Origin: a bacterium
GTDB taxonomy: Bacteria > Patescibacteriota > Minisyncoccia > Phycocordibacterales > UBA5272
Assembly: GCA_023267635.1 (NCBI GenBank)
Contig: JAHFMX010000002.1
Location: 21,307-85,306 of the forward strand
Length of the DNA: 64,000 nucleotides
Reading direction: 5' to 3'
In this document: piece by piece, positions 45,317-55,382 of the stretch
Layout of the letters: each line of letters opens with the position of its first letter
Position numbering within the stretch: position 1 is the stretch's first letter
Made by a program: the position numbers and the translations under genes
Notes under the pieces: generated by a model
What the model was told of the DNA's origin: nothing
The model's database searches: none
Seen by the model: only the letters and a program-made list of their open reading frames with translations

Positions 45317-46612
45317 TTACTGAGAAAGCTTCTTCTTTCTACTATAAAAGAACCCAAGTAGCAAGAGATAGACGACGTTCATGGTCCAAGACGCATACAC
45401 AAGAGAGAATAATCCTTCTCCCATACTTCGTGCAGTGAGCAAGGCAACAACGCCAAGACCTGTAGCTACTACGTTGGCATAGAATAGACCCATAGTATCT
45501 TTGGTCGCACTAAATGCAGTTACGAAATAGAAACTCATAGCATACGCAGGCAAGGTAAAGGCAAGATACTTTACCATAAATGCTATATCAGCAGCACGTG
45601 GAGTATTTCCGTATAAAACATGCACAATTGTATCTCTGAAGAAAATAATAAAGGCAGCAGCAATCACTGCCATTGTAAATATAGTAATGATGTTCGTTTT
45701 TAGTATCTTAGTATAATCTTTATGTTCCCCTCGACTATGTTTATTGGCAAGCAACGGCAATGTTGCTGTAGCGGCACTCTGGACGATAACCTGTATAAAA
45801 GCTTCAATAACTCTTTGTGCAAAAAGATATACGGAGAGAGCTCCAACCCCAAGAGTTGTAGCTATCGCAGCGTACACAAGTTCACGAACTCTGGAAACAA
45901 CAGTGGATAGAGACCGAGGCACCGCAACCCTCATATGCGACATGATATGCGCCCAACTAAACATAGACAACGATAGTTTCATTTTTGCTTCGTATAAAGT
46001 ATATGACTGTATACCAAAGCTAAGAATCGCTCCAACCACCACTCCACACGCAATTCCAATCACTCCATATCGTGGATAAAGAAGTGGAATGGAAGCAATA
46101 ATAGTCAGTGTGTAAATAAGCGGAGCAGTGCTATATAGAATAAACTTATGCTTAACCTGAGCAAGCGATGAAACGAGTGCAGAGAGTCCCAAGAAAAGCG
46201 GCTGAACCATAAGAATCAAGGAAGCAATAACAAAGTAGTGACGCTGGAACTCATCAAAACCAGGAACAACATACGGCGCAACAAACGGAAGAAAAAGGGC
46301 GGTAATGATTGAAACTACAATAAGAGTAAACCCAAAAAAGAAAAACAAAGAGTTAAATTTCTCAACCAAATCTTTTTCATCTTCATGTACTGCTTTAGTA
46401 ATGAAGGGAACAACTGTTTGAGCTGAAACAACAGCGAAGAAAACGCCGTAAAGAAGATCAGGGATTCTAAACGCCGCATTATACACATCAAGCATCGGAC
46501 CAACTCCTACAACCTGTGCAAGAAGACGGTCTCGAAAAATACCTAATATAAGCGAGACTATACTGAAAAAAGCTAGAATTGCAGAGTTTCTAAGAATCAT
46601 ATGATAGAGCAA
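45317..46612 (-). CDS. murJ: Lipid II flippase MurJ/MviN-like (short form)
   Basis: N-terminal LGIFRDRLLAQVVGVGPMLDVYNAAFRIPDLLYGVF matches the MurJ signature. 431 aa, polytopic. Confidence 0.6.
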   Translation of the reverse strand: MLYHMILRNSAILAFFSIVSLILGIFRDRLLAQVVGVGPMLDVYNAAFRIPDLLYGVFFAVVSAQTVVPFITKAVHEDEKDLVEKFNSLFFFFGFTLIVVSIITALFLPFVAPYVVPGFDEFQRHYFVIASLILMVQPLFLGLSALVSSLAQVKHKFILYSTAPLIYTLTIIASIPLLYPRYGVIGIACGVVVGAILSFGIQSYTLYEAKMKLSLSMFSWAHIMSHMRVAVPRSLSTVVSRVRELVYAAIATTLGVGALSVYLFAQRVIEAFIQVIVQSAATATLPLLANKHSRGEHKDYTKILKTNIITIFTMAVIAAAFIIFFRDTIVHVLYGNTPRAADIAFMVKYLAFTLPAYAMSFYFVTAFSATKDTMGLFYANVVATGLGVVALLTARSMGEGLFSLVYASWTMNVVYLLLLGFFYSRKKKLSQ

Positions 46613-46976
46613 TTATACCATGAGAAAATACCGCCCTTGTGGGACGGTATTTTCATATATTCTTTGTCTATAAGCCGAATTCTGTGTTTGTGTAGACATG
46701 TATCTAGGATGATAGTCACCTATCACCTCAAGCGACACTCCTTTCGATTACTCAAAAGGCACGGTCTTGCACACACGTATGTATTTAGCCGTTTCAGCCG
46801 AATTAAATCGGATCGTTTCTGTTCGCAACACGGTGGTCACCCACGACGGGCATTACCCGCTACGCTTGTCATGTAAACATGACTATGTGTTCGGACTTTC
46901 CTCACGATATTACTATCGCGCGTCTACCCAACAAAGAACCTACACATACTACAACGAAAGAACCATTCTGTATAGC

Positions 46977-47495
46977 TTATTCCCCCAGCACCACGTTTGT
47001 TCCAAGATACAACCCAAACTTTTCAGCTGAACCAGCTTGGATTTCAAGTACATATTTTGCATCAGGAGAATTAATGAATGTCTGCGGAGGAACTTGATTA
47101 AAATATGACTCTGGCGTTGCGCTGTGTACAACATGTACGACGACACCTTCTTTATTTATCCAAATAATATCAATTGGAAAAAGCATGTCTTTCATCCAGA
47201 ATCCATATTTACCAGACTGTTCAAATACAAAAAGCATAGCTTCATCTTCCTTAAGACCTGTTCTCCCTGAAAGCCCTTGGGCTCGTGAAGCTGGAGTGTC
47301 CACTATTTCTGCATATACCTTTCCTTTTGGAAGATCTATCTCCTTTCCACTTCGTACAACTTTCTCAATCACAGCTAACTTACACACTTTTTGATACCCG
47401 CAGGTGTACCCATACGCAAGAATAGCGAGAGAAAAAAGTACGACAATAATAATTCCTATTTTATTTTTACGATTCATAGTAGTGAGTATCTTCAT
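46977..47495 (-). CDS. DUF192 domain protein
   Basis: N-terminal TM and a PIDIIWINKEGVVVHV DUF192-like core. Confidence 0.45.
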   Translation of the reverse strand: MKILTTMNRKNKIGIIIVVLFSLAILAYGYTCGYQKVCKLAVIEKVVRSGKEIDLPKGKVYAEIVDTPASRAQGLSGRTGLKEDEAMLFVFEQSGKYGFWMKDMLFPIDIIWINKEGVVVHVVHSATPESYFNQVPPQTFINSPDAKYVLEIQAGSAEKFGLYLGTNVVLGE

Positions 47496-47555
47496 GTATG
47501 CAGTATATATAAAAATTGACTGATTACCGTAGGATAATCAGTCAATGTTTATGAG

Positions 47556-49343
47556 TTAGCTTTTTCGTCCAGCTTTTGCACGATCACTTTCAGTAAGTAA
47601 TTGCTTTCGAAGTCGAACTGACTTTGGAGTAACTTCCAAATATTCATCCGCGTTCATGATTTCAAGTCCACGTTCAATTGAAATCTCCCACGCTGGAACA
47701 AGAACGATAGCTTCGTCCGCACCAGAAGAACGCATGTTAGAAAGCGCTTTACCCTTTGTTGGGTTTACCATCATCTCTTCACCTTTTGACGTGTTACCAA
47801 TAACCATACCTTCGTACACTTCTGTTGTAGGAAGAATATAAATCACACCACGATCTTGGAGATTCCAAAGAGAGAACGCGAGTGACTTCCCTGCTGCCAT
47901 AGATGTCATAGAACCAACAAGACGTCGCTGGATTGGACCAGCGTATGGACCAAAACGTAGGTAACGCGCTGAAAGAATTCCAAGACCCTTCGTATCGATA
48001 ACGAATTCTCCACGGTATCCGAGAAGTCCTCGTGTTGGAATCTCTGCCTTGATACGATTCACGCCGTGCTTTTCTGACATGTCAGTAATCATAGCTTTAC
48101 GTCGTCCAAGTTTTTCCATCACTGTTCCAGCTGCTTCAACTGGCACATCAATAACAAGCTCTTCATATGGCTCTTCTTTAACTCCATCTTTTTCATGGAA
48201 AATAACCTGAGGCTGTGACACCTGAAGTTCGTACCCTTCACGACGCATTGTTTCTAGAAGTACGCCGATGTGAAGTTCTCCACGTCCGTACACTAGATAC
48301 TTATCAGTATCAAAATCTACCTTAAGTCCAACGTTAATCTCCAGTTCCTTTTCTAGACGATCACGAATCTGGCGACCTGTTACGAACTTACCTTCCTTTC
48401 CTGCAAATGGAGAATCATTAACAAGGAAGTTAAGAGCAATAGTTGGTTCATCGATGTGAATCGCTTCCATTGGAGTCTGATCAGCATTCTTTACGAATGT
48501 TTCACCAATATAAATATCAGGGAATCCTGCAATCATCACAATGTCTCCAGCCTCTGCCGTTTGTGTGTCCATCTTCTGGATACCGTTGAATGTAAAGATT
48601 TTTGTAATCTTACCTTTACGAGATTCACCTGTTGGCTTCTTAACGATAATTTCTTCACCTACACGAGCAACTCCGTCGTACACGCGACATACCGCCATGC
48701 GTCCAAGGAAGTTATCGTATGCAAGGTTAAACACCTGCCCTACGAAAGGATTGTTGATATCTCCAGTAGCACGTGGAACCTTTTCGATAATAGTATCAAG
48801 AAGTGGTGTGAGATCCTTACGTTCGTCATCGAGTTCCTTCATCGCAACACCTTCGCGCCCAATAGCATACACCGTTGTAAAGTCTAATTGGTCATCTTGT
48901 GCGCCGAGTTCCATAAATAGTTCAAATACTTCGTCGTGAACTTTCTTAGGATCAGCTGCTGGCTTATCGATCTTGTTAATAACAACGATTGGCTTAAGTC
49001 CAAGCTCAAGAGACTTCTTCAATACGAAGCGAGTCTGAGGCATTGGACCTTCCTGGGCATCCACAACAAGAAGCACGCAATCAATTGATCGAAGCACACG
49101 CTCTACTTCACTTCCGAAGTCGGCGTGACCTGGTGTATCGAGGATGTTAATCTTCACTCCCTTGTACGGAACAGACGTATTCTTCGCAGTAATAGTGATA
49201 CCACGTTCTTTTTCCATCGGATTAGAGTCCATTGTTTGTCCGGCAACTCCAACTCCACACTGTTGCATAAGTGCGTCTGTAAGTGTGGTCTTTCCATGGT
49301 CCACGTGAGCGATGATAGCGATATTTCTGATTTCCTGTTGCAT
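47556..49343 (-). CDS. typA: Translational GTPase TypA/BipA
   Basis: IRNIAIIAHVDHGKTTLTDALM, DTPGHADF, NKIDKP, and a BipA C-terminus. 595 aa. Confidence 0.9.
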   Translation of the reverse strand: MQQEIRNIAIIAHVDHGKTTLTDALMQQCGVGVAGQTMDSNPMEKERGITITAKNTSVPYKGVKINILDTPGHADFGSEVERVLRSIDCVLLVVDAQEGPMPQTRFVLKKSLELGLKPIVVINKIDKPAADPKKVHDEVFELFMELGAQDDQLDFTTVYAIGREGVAMKELDDERKDLTPLLDTIIEKVPRATGDINNPFVGQVFNLAYDNFLGRMAVCRVYDGVARVGEEIIVKKPTGESRKGKITKIFTFNGIQKMDTQTAEAGDIVMIAGFPDIYIGETFVKNADQTPMEAIHIDEPTIALNFLVNDSPFAGKEGKFVTGRQIRDRLEKELEINVGLKVDFDTDKYLVYGRGELHIGVLLETMRREGYELQVSQPQVIFHEKDGVKEEPYEELVIDVPVEAAGTVMEKLGRRKAMITDMSEKHGVNRIKAEIPTRGLLGYRGEFVIDTKGLGILSARYLRFGPYAGPIQRRLVGSMTSMAAGKSLAFSLWNLQDRGVIYILPTTEVYEGMVIGNTSKGEEMMVNPTKGKALSNMRSSGADEAIVLVPAWEISIERGLEIMNADEYLEVTPKSVRLRKQLLTESDRAKAGRKS

Positions 49344-49597
49344 AAATGATATAAAAATCGGCCTTAAGCCGAAGCGGCTTGCGCCGATTACCTAACTAAT
49401 TGATGTCAAATATAATACCACAAATTAGCCTATTGTGCTAGTCGTCGAATAGGTGTAGTATCTGAAGTGCTGAGGCATCAAGTAGGTTTTAGGATCAACG
49501 TCCTCCGTACGCGCTGACACTCCATTACCGTGGAATACAAGAAGCGATGTATGTGATCTACCGCCTTAGCACCTAACACCCCTTTTGATAGGCCCTG

Positions 49598-49628
49598 GTC
49601 TATCAAAAAAGCGGCCACACGTGGTCGC
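49598..49628. terminator. Bidirectional terminator downstream of pepF
   Basis: aaaaaagcggccacacgtggtcgctttttt. Confidence 0.55.
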
Positions 49629-49636
49629 TTTTTTCT

Positions 49637-51625
49637 TTACTTAACTCCAAGCTCCTTAAGAAATGCTTTGTCTGATGGTTTGCGTCCGAGGAAGTTTGTA
49701 ATTAATTTCATTTCATCTTCTGATGAACCTTTCTCCAAAACTTCTTTTCTCCATCGCAATCCAACTTTTTCATTAGACAAACCCTCCTTTTCAAATTCTG
49801 AAAATGCGTCCTGTGCATAGACGAGTGCCCACAGGTATGAATAATACCCTGCATCATATCCAACAAGATGTCCAAATCCTGCCGCAAATAATGTTTCTTT
49901 TTGTGGGAGCTCAATACCGATATACATTTTTACCATAGCTCTCCATGCTTCATTTACATCTTTAATTTTACCCATATGAAGATCCATATCAATCTTTCCG
50001 AAAAGAACCTGACGCATAAAATGATATGCATTTTGAAACTTCTTTCCTGCAAGGATTTTTGCTCGCATTTCTTTAGACAATGATTTTCCAGTTTTCACAT
50101 GAGAAGAAAGCTTCTTTAGCATTTCATCATTCCATACCCAGTTTTCCATAATCTGTGATGGTGTTTCAACGAAATCCCATGCAACGTTTGAGCCGCCCTG
50201 AGACTCATGTCGAGAGGTCGATAGCGTCATATGAAGACCATGACCAAATTCATGGAACAATGTTTCCACTTCACGAATAGAAAGAAGCGAAGGACTCTTC
50301 TTTGAAGGGGCTGGGAAGTTACACACAATTCCTGTAATAGGCACTGTAAAGATTCCACTATTAAACCCTTCTTCGTGAGCAATAGCAGTATCGACGCACA
50401 TAGCGTGACCATACTTCCCTGTTCGTGGAAACAAATCAAAGAACATGTACCCGATAAGAGAGTTGTCTTTATTCTGCACCTCGTAGACGGTCACATCCTT
50501 ATGCCATGTCTTTATATCTTTTTGTACAAACTTAATTCCAAACAATTTACCGAAATGCTTAAGCATTTGTTCCATAACAAAACTAAGTGGAAAATGCTCC
50601 CGAATAACTTCTGGATCAGTTTCATACAGTTTCTTTTCCAAACTATTTCCAACATATGCAACATCGTAGTGTTCCAATGTTTCAATGCCAAGCGTTTTTG
50701 CATGAGCGCGAATTTCATCAATATCTTTTTTTGCAGGAACAATGAGTTTTTTAAGAAGGTCATTCTGAAACTTTTCAGCAACTTCACCTTTCTTAGCCAT
50801 TCTGTTTTCTGTTCTAAAATCTGCATGATGCGCGTATCCAAGAATTTTTGAAATCTCAGCTCTAATAGCAACAAGCTCATTAATAATTGTAAGGTTTTTC
50901 TTTCCACCCTTTTGTAGGTTCTTCTTAGCAAGTTCTTCACGTTTCTCTCGATTATGAGCAAACTGCATAAAAGGCCCAACGTGCGGATATTGCAGCGTAA
51001 CCATATACTTACCTGATTTCTCGTCCTTGGGAAGTGATTCAATAAATCGAACAGAGACCCCTTCTAACTCTTCCGCTGTACAAAGAATATAGTCACTATA
51101 GTCAGTGATATTTTTCCTAAACTGTTCACCAAGCTTTGAAGATTTTTTGAGTAATACTTTTAATCTTTTCTGAGCAGTTGCAGGCAAATCAAATCCCATG
51201 CGGCGGTATTCTCGAATAGTATCCTCAAGAAGTTTAATATCCTCTTTCTTTAAATTCTTTTTCTCGTCTCTGAAATTTCCTTCGTAGTACTCTACGAGCG
51301 AAATATAGAGATCACGGTCATATTCAATATCAACCATTTGAGATGAAATCTCAATGAGTGTTTTAGATACTGCAGTTCGAACTTCTTCTTTAGGGGAAAC
51401 CTCACCGAGAAGTGCTGCCTTTCTTAACAATTCTCCATGTGGACCTTCTGAACGCTCAAGTGCATACAGAGTGTTTTCATATGTTCTATGTTCTGGAAGA
51501 ATTTCTTTTATTTTTTTGTATACAGCTTTTTTATAGATAACAGCTTCAATTCCAGCTTTCTCTATTTGCTTCGGAGTTAATTTATGCCAATCAAAATCTT
51601 TCTGTGTATAAGGAGTTCTTTTCAT
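49637..51625 (-). CDS. pepF: Oligoendopeptidase F (M3B metallopeptidase)
   Basis: HEFGHGLH zinc motif and M3-family length (662 aa). Confidence 0.8.
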   Translation of the reverse strand: MKRTPYTQKDFDWHKLTPKQIEKAGIEAVIYKKAVYKKIKEILPEHRTYENTLYALERSEGPHGELLRKAALLGEVSPKEEVRTAVSKTLIEISSQMVDIEYDRDLYISLVEYYEGNFRDEKKNLKKEDIKLLEDTIREYRRMGFDLPATAQKRLKVLLKKSSKLGEQFRKNITDYSDYILCTAEELEGVSVRFIESLPKDEKSGKYMVTLQYPHVGPFMQFAHNREKREELAKKNLQKGGKKNLTIINELVAIRAEISKILGYAHHADFRTENRMAKKGEVAEKFQNDLLKKLIVPAKKDIDEIRAHAKTLGIETLEHYDVAYVGNSLEKKLYETDPEVIREHFPLSFVMEQMLKHFGKLFGIKFVQKDIKTWHKDVTVYEVQNKDNSLIGYMFFDLFPRTGKYGHAMCVDTAIAHEEGFNSGIFTVPITGIVCNFPAPSKKSPSLLSIREVETLFHEFGHGLHMTLSTSRHESQGGSNVAWDFVETPSQIMENWVWNDEMLKKLSSHVKTGKSLSKEMRAKILAGKKFQNAYHFMRQVLFGKIDMDLHMGKIKDVNEAWRAMVKMYIGIELPQKETLFAAGFGHLVGYDAGYYSYLWALVYAQDAFSEFEKEGLSNEKVGLRWRKEVLEKGSSEDEMKLITNFLGRKPSDKAFLKELGVK

Positions 51626-51631
51626 ATTTTT

Positions 51632-52168
51632 CTATTTTAGCATATTCCTATACACATGACATTTTGGATCATGTGAACCAGGGAGTAGACTAATACTCAT
51701 TAAAAATTCCCCGACAATTTCCCCTCCTACAAATTTGAATTGTTTCTTAAAAAGTTTCAACCATGCGGCCTTATCCTGTTTCAACTCTTTTGCCTGCATG
51801 TCCAACCACACTCTAAAACTTCCATACTCTTTTTGAATCTGTAAAATTTGTTGTGCATTATGGATGGCCGCATTAATCTTCAGACGATTACGAATAATAG
51901 AAGCGTCTGCCATAAGACGTTCAAAATCTTTTTCGCTATACCCTGCAATTTTTTTAATACTAAAATGATGATATGCCTTTCGGAATCCTTGCTCCTTCAT
52001 AAGAATGGTTCGCCATGAAAGTCCTGCTTGGTTTATCTCCATCACTAAACGACAAAAAAGTTCGTTATCATCTTCTATTCGTATCCCATAGTGATTATCG
52101 TGATACTTTTTATCAACGTTTGCTATATCGGTAAGTGTGGACACATATACACAATAAGGATGAGTCAT
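51632..52168 (-). CDS. tag: DNA-3-methyladenine glycosylase I
   Basis: Tag family ELFCRLVMEINQAGLSWRTIL...FHHFSIKKIA. The start was moved to 52168 to avoid overlap with the nudix gene. Confidence 0.65.
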   Translation of the reverse strand: MTHPYCVYVSTLTDIANVDKKYHDNHYGIRIEDDNELFCRLVMEINQAGLSWRTILMKEQGFRKAYHHFSIKKIAGYSEKDFERLMADASIIRNRLKINAAIHNAQQILQIQKEYGSFRVWLDMQAKELKQDKAAWLKLFKKQFKFVGGEIVGEFLMSISLLPGSHDPKCHVYRNMLK

Positions 52169-52172
52169 ATAC

Positions 52173-52643
52173 TTACACAACCTTAACTTCTTGCTCAGCA
52201 ATAACGTCCCCCTCCGCAAAAACAAATCTTGCTTCTACATGATTTCCTTCTAGCACTTTCGGTAACCAGAAAATATCATCAGGCCACATAGTTTCATAGG
52301 GAATAGAATCCACTGTAAACCATTCTGGCTTCATTTCTTCTGTTTCTAGAATATCTCCCTCCCACACAGAAGCAATATATACATGAACCAACTGATTCCA
52401 TTCTTCTTTATGAGGAAACTCAAATGTAAGCTCTGCATATTTTTCTACAGTATCAACAGTAACCCCGATCTCCTCTTTGGTCTCTCGTTTAACAGCATCT
52501 AGAATACTTTCTCCCTGTTCCACTTTTCCACCAGTTCCGTTATAACGCCCCACGCCAAAGCCTCGCTTCTTCATAGCTAAACAAATCTCAGTAATTACAC
52601 CGTTATCTTTTTTAACCAAAAATAAAAGGGTTGTATCTCTCAT
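52173..52643 (-). CDS. NUDIX hydrolase
   Basis: Nudix box GGKVEQGESILDAVKRETKEEIGV. Confidence 0.7.
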   Translation of the reverse strand: MRDTTLLFLVKKDNGVITEICLAMKKRGFGVGRYNGTGGKVEQGESILDAVKRETKEEIGVTVDTVEKYAELTFEFPHKEEWNQLVHVYIASVWEGDILETEEMKPEWFTVDSIPYETMWPDDIFWLPKVLEGNHVEARFVFAEGDVIAEQEVKVV

Positions 52644-52682
52644 ATAATAAGAGTATATCTAAAAATAAAAACTCATGCGCTA

Positions 52683-53153
52683 CTAAACTCCCAAAATAGA
52701 ATACACTGCAATTCCAAAGGCAATAGTTACATTCAAGGATTCTTTCGTCCCTTTCATAGGAATTTCTGCAATAACATCACATATGCCTAGGACATCTTTA
52801 GTAACACCGTCCACTTCAGATCCAATAACAAAAGCAATGTTTTCTTTTCCTTGCACATCTACAGATTTATAATCTATTGAGGTTTCACTCTGCTCTATTG
52901 CGATAGTGTAAAATTCTTCCTTATGTAAACCCCTTAAAGCTTCTACAGTTGATTCCACGTATTCCCACGCAACCGTATCCTCAGCCCCGAGTGCGACTTT
53001 CGCAAAATCTTTTCTTCGTAAACCTTTCTTGTCCAAAGGTGTAGGAGTTATGCCGCACAAAATAATCTTTTCAATCCCTACTGCATTTGCAGTACGAAAA
53101 ATAGAACCCACATTGTAGACACTTCTAATATTATCGAGTACAACAATTTTCAT
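52683..53153 (-). CDS. SpoU/TrmH-family (SPOUT) RNA methyltransferase
   Basis: VLDNIRSVYNVGSIFRTANAVGI...IAFVIGSEVDGV...LNVTIAFGIAVY. Confidence 0.7.
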   Translation of the reverse strand: MKIVVLDNIRSVYNVGSIFRTANAVGIEKIILCGITPTPLDKKGLRRKDFAKVALGAEDTVAWEYVESTVEALRGLHKEEFYTIAIEQSETSIDYKSVDVQGKENIAFVIGSEVDGVTKDVLGICDVIAEIPMKGTKESLNVTIAFGIAVYSILGV

Positions 53154-53178
53154 GCCCTCATCCTACCACGTGATCACA

Positions 53179-53976
53179 CTATGCGCGCAATTTCCACCCT
53201 GTTGTAAAAATCCAAACACAGACACTTAGAGCAAGAAGCGAAAGAGTGCCTAAAACTCCCACACCGAGAAGGAGAGATGCTTCGTGATAGCCAGTTAACG
53301 CATAACGAATTCCATCAACCACATAGAATATTGGATTGAAGTGAACAATAAACTGCCACTTCTCTGGAAGCATGGTAATTGAATAAAACGCGCCTCCTAA
53401 GAATGACAGTGGTGTAAGAATAAAGTTTGTTACAAAACCAAATTTTTCAAAATTATTATCAGCCCAAATTCCTGCAATAACACCGAGCAGTCCAAAGAGT
53501 ACGCTCGCAAGTAACACATATCCCGCAAGAACAAGTGGATGCGCTAAATCATTTACCCCAAAAGCTACAGCAACCAATGAAAGCGCAAGGGTGATTGCAA
53601 TAGCTCGAGCGACACCACCGAAGATAAGGGAGATAACTAACTCAGCATATGAAAGTGGAAGCGTTAACATATCTTCAATAGTCTTTTGGAATTTCATAAA
53701 GAAAATTGAAAATGATGTCGCAGAAAAAACTGCCATTACAAGATTCATAGCGAAAATACCAGGAAACACGAAACTGATATATTGTATTCCTTGAATGAGC
53801 TCAATCTTACTACCAATAACATACCCGAACACAAAAATATATAGAGATGCTGTTATAACTGGCGTTATAATTGCCTGACCTATCACTCGCTTTGTTCGCC
53901 CAACTTCACGACGAACGAGCGTATAAAATCCTGCCCAATTAAATGCGGCTATATTTGGTTGAATGTTTTTTTTCAT
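53179..53976 (-). CDS. ABC-2 type transporter permease
   Basis: 265 aa with 6 TM and ABC-2 topology. It is directly downstream of the ABC ATPase. Confidence 0.7.
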   Translation of the reverse strand: MKKNIQPNIAAFNWAGFYTLVRREVGRTKRVIGQAIITPVITASLYIFVFGYVIGSKIELIQGIQYISFVFPGIFAMNLVMAVFSATSFSIFFMKFQKTIEDMLTLPLSYAELVISLIFGGVARAIAITLALSLVAVAFGVNDLAHPLVLAGYVLLASVLFGLLGVIAGIWADNNFEKFGFVTNFILTPLSFLGGAFYSITMLPEKWQFIVHFNPIFYVVDGIRYALTGYHEASLLLGVGVLGTLSLLALSVCVWIFTTGWKLRA

Positions 53977-53981
53977 ATGTA

Positions 53982-54716
53982 TTAAGCGACGTGTCCTACA
54001 ACTTCTAAGTAGACCTTTTCCAAACTCTTGTCTTCGGTTAATTTCTTAACACTATCATCCATAAGAATCATTCCGTCCTTAATGATAGCCACACGTTCAC
54101 AGAGCGCTTCAACTTCTTCTAGATAGTGAGAGGTTAACAATATTGTTTTTCCGCCAGCATGAAGCTCACGGAGAAACTTCCATAGCGCGTGACGTGTTTC
54201 AACATCAACCCCTGCTGTCGGTTCATCCAAAATAAGAACATCGGGATTATGCATCATTGCCTTAGCAAGTGTTGCTCGGCGTTTAAGCCCTCCTGAAAGG
54301 AACTGAAACTTCTTATCTCGGTGAGGCACAAGATCAAACTTGTTTAGCATTTCTTCCCGACGCTCTTTCATGTCAGATCCAATGATTCCAAAAAAACCTG
54401 CTTGATAATCGAGAATTTCATCAACAGTTTGAAATGCGTCGATATTAAATTCCTGAGGAGAGAGTCCGACGCTTGCTCGTGCTGCTCGATAGTCAGTGAC
54501 CACGTCATGCCCCATCATAGTAATAGTACCTTCTGTTGGGCTTGATATTCCCGTGATACAACTAATGGTTGTCGTCTTTCCAGCGCCGTTTGGACCGAGC
54601 AATCCAAAGAATTGACCCTTTGGAATTTCTAGAGTAATACCGTGGAGAATTTCTTTATCCCCTTTCTTATCTTTATATGTCTTCTTAAGATTTTCTATAG
54701 CAATGGCGTTTTTCAT
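53982..54716 (-). CDS. ABC transporter ATP-binding protein
   Basis: Walker A GLLGPNGAGKTTT, signature LSGGLKRR, Walker B ILILDEPTAGVD. Confidence 0.85.
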   Translation of the reverse strand: MKNAIAIENLKKTYKDKKGDKEILHGITLEIPKGQFFGLLGPNGAGKTTTISCITGISSPTEGTITMMGHDVVTDYRAARASVGLSPQEFNIDAFQTVDEILDYQAGFFGIIGSDMKERREEMLNKFDLVPHRDKKFQFLSGGLKRRATLAKAMMHNPDVLILDEPTAGVDVETRHALWKFLRELHAGGKTILLTSHYLEEVEALCERVAIIKDGMILMDDSVKKLTEDKSLEKVYLEVVGHVA

Positions 54717-54750
54717 AATGATAGTTAGTATGCTAAGTATAACATATTAT

Positions 54751-54833
54751 GCGGAGGCGGAATATTGTCGTACCTCGTACTCGTATTCTGCACTACGCAA
54801 AATCTGGTCGTGAATACACTCGCGATTTTTGCG
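54751..54833 (-). repeat. tRNA-3'-flanking structured element, copy 3
   Basis: ctgcactacgcaaaatctggtcgtg...cgcgatttttgcggag is near-identical to the copy at 12921-13006. It is flanked by direct CCGCCTCCGCA repeats. Confidence 0.55.
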
Positions 54834-54890
54834 GAGGCGGAGAGATTCGAACTCTCGAAACCCTTTCGGGTTTGCCACCTTTCTCCGACA
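54834..54890 (-). pseudogene. tRNA-Ser-like 3' remnant (T-arm + acceptor + variable-arm-like hairpin only)
   Basis: Reverse complement GAGAGTTCGAATCTCTCCGCCTCC resembles the Ser(GCU) 3' half GCGAGTTCGAATCTCGCCGTCTCC. No matching 5' acceptor or anticodon arm is present. Confidence 0.5.
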
Positions 54891-54914
54891 CAAAGTAAAA
54901 GGATTGTTTTTAAA

Positions 54915-55004
54915 GCGGAGAGTGAGGGATTTGAACCCTCGAACAGGTTACCCCGTTGCTACCTTTCCAAGGTAGTGCACTAGACCACTATGCGAACCCT
55001 CCGC
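54915..55004 (-). tRNA. tRNA-Ser (anticodon GGA)
   Basis: Reverse complement is GCGGAGG..CTACC-TTGGAAA-GGTAG-CAACGGGGTAACCTGTTCG-AGGGTTCAAATCCCT-CACTCTCCGC. Long variable arm. Confidence 0.7.
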
Positions 55005-55129
55005 TTTAAAAACAAACAATACTCTACTTTGTACTGGACTGCGGCTTTAAACAAGTTGGTTACAACTTAATAAAGTCGGGAGCAATGTGGCGCACCAAAC
55101 TACTATCCGACGCTTCCGTATGTATTTAT

Positions 55130-55345
55130 TTACGCATTAGAAATCTTAGCATACTCATGTTTCTTTTCAACGAAGAAATAGATAATTCCTCCGATGAGAG
55201 GAACTCCTATAATCAATACTATCCACCAGTACTTATCCCCTTTTGCAGCATCCACCGCCATCCACAAGATAAAAGAGATTCCTAAAAGGCCTATGATGTT
55301 TGCAATAGCAAAGATAAGAACTCCAATAAAAATAGCAAGAGACAT
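55130..55345 (-). CDS. Small 2-TM membrane protein
   Basis: 71 aa with two hydrophobic helices. It is upstream of htpX. Confidence 0.3.
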   Translation of the reverse strand: MSLAIFIGVLIFAIANIIGLLGISFILWMAVDAAKGDKYWWIVLIIGVPLIGGIIYFFVEKKHEYAKISNA

Positions 55346-55382
55346 AGTAAAAAATAATTAATGTATACCTAGTAGTATATCA

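Noticed and set aside
49465-49575. Possible SRP (4.5S) RNA
   Set aside because: Terminal helix and size fit, but the conserved domain IV motifs (GGAA tetraloop, AGCAG/GGAAG symmetric loop) are absent. Downgraded to a generic ncRNA candidate.
54765-54983. 72-aa plus-strand ORF
   Set aside because: It overlaps the tRNA-Ser(GGA) gene and the tRNA remnant.
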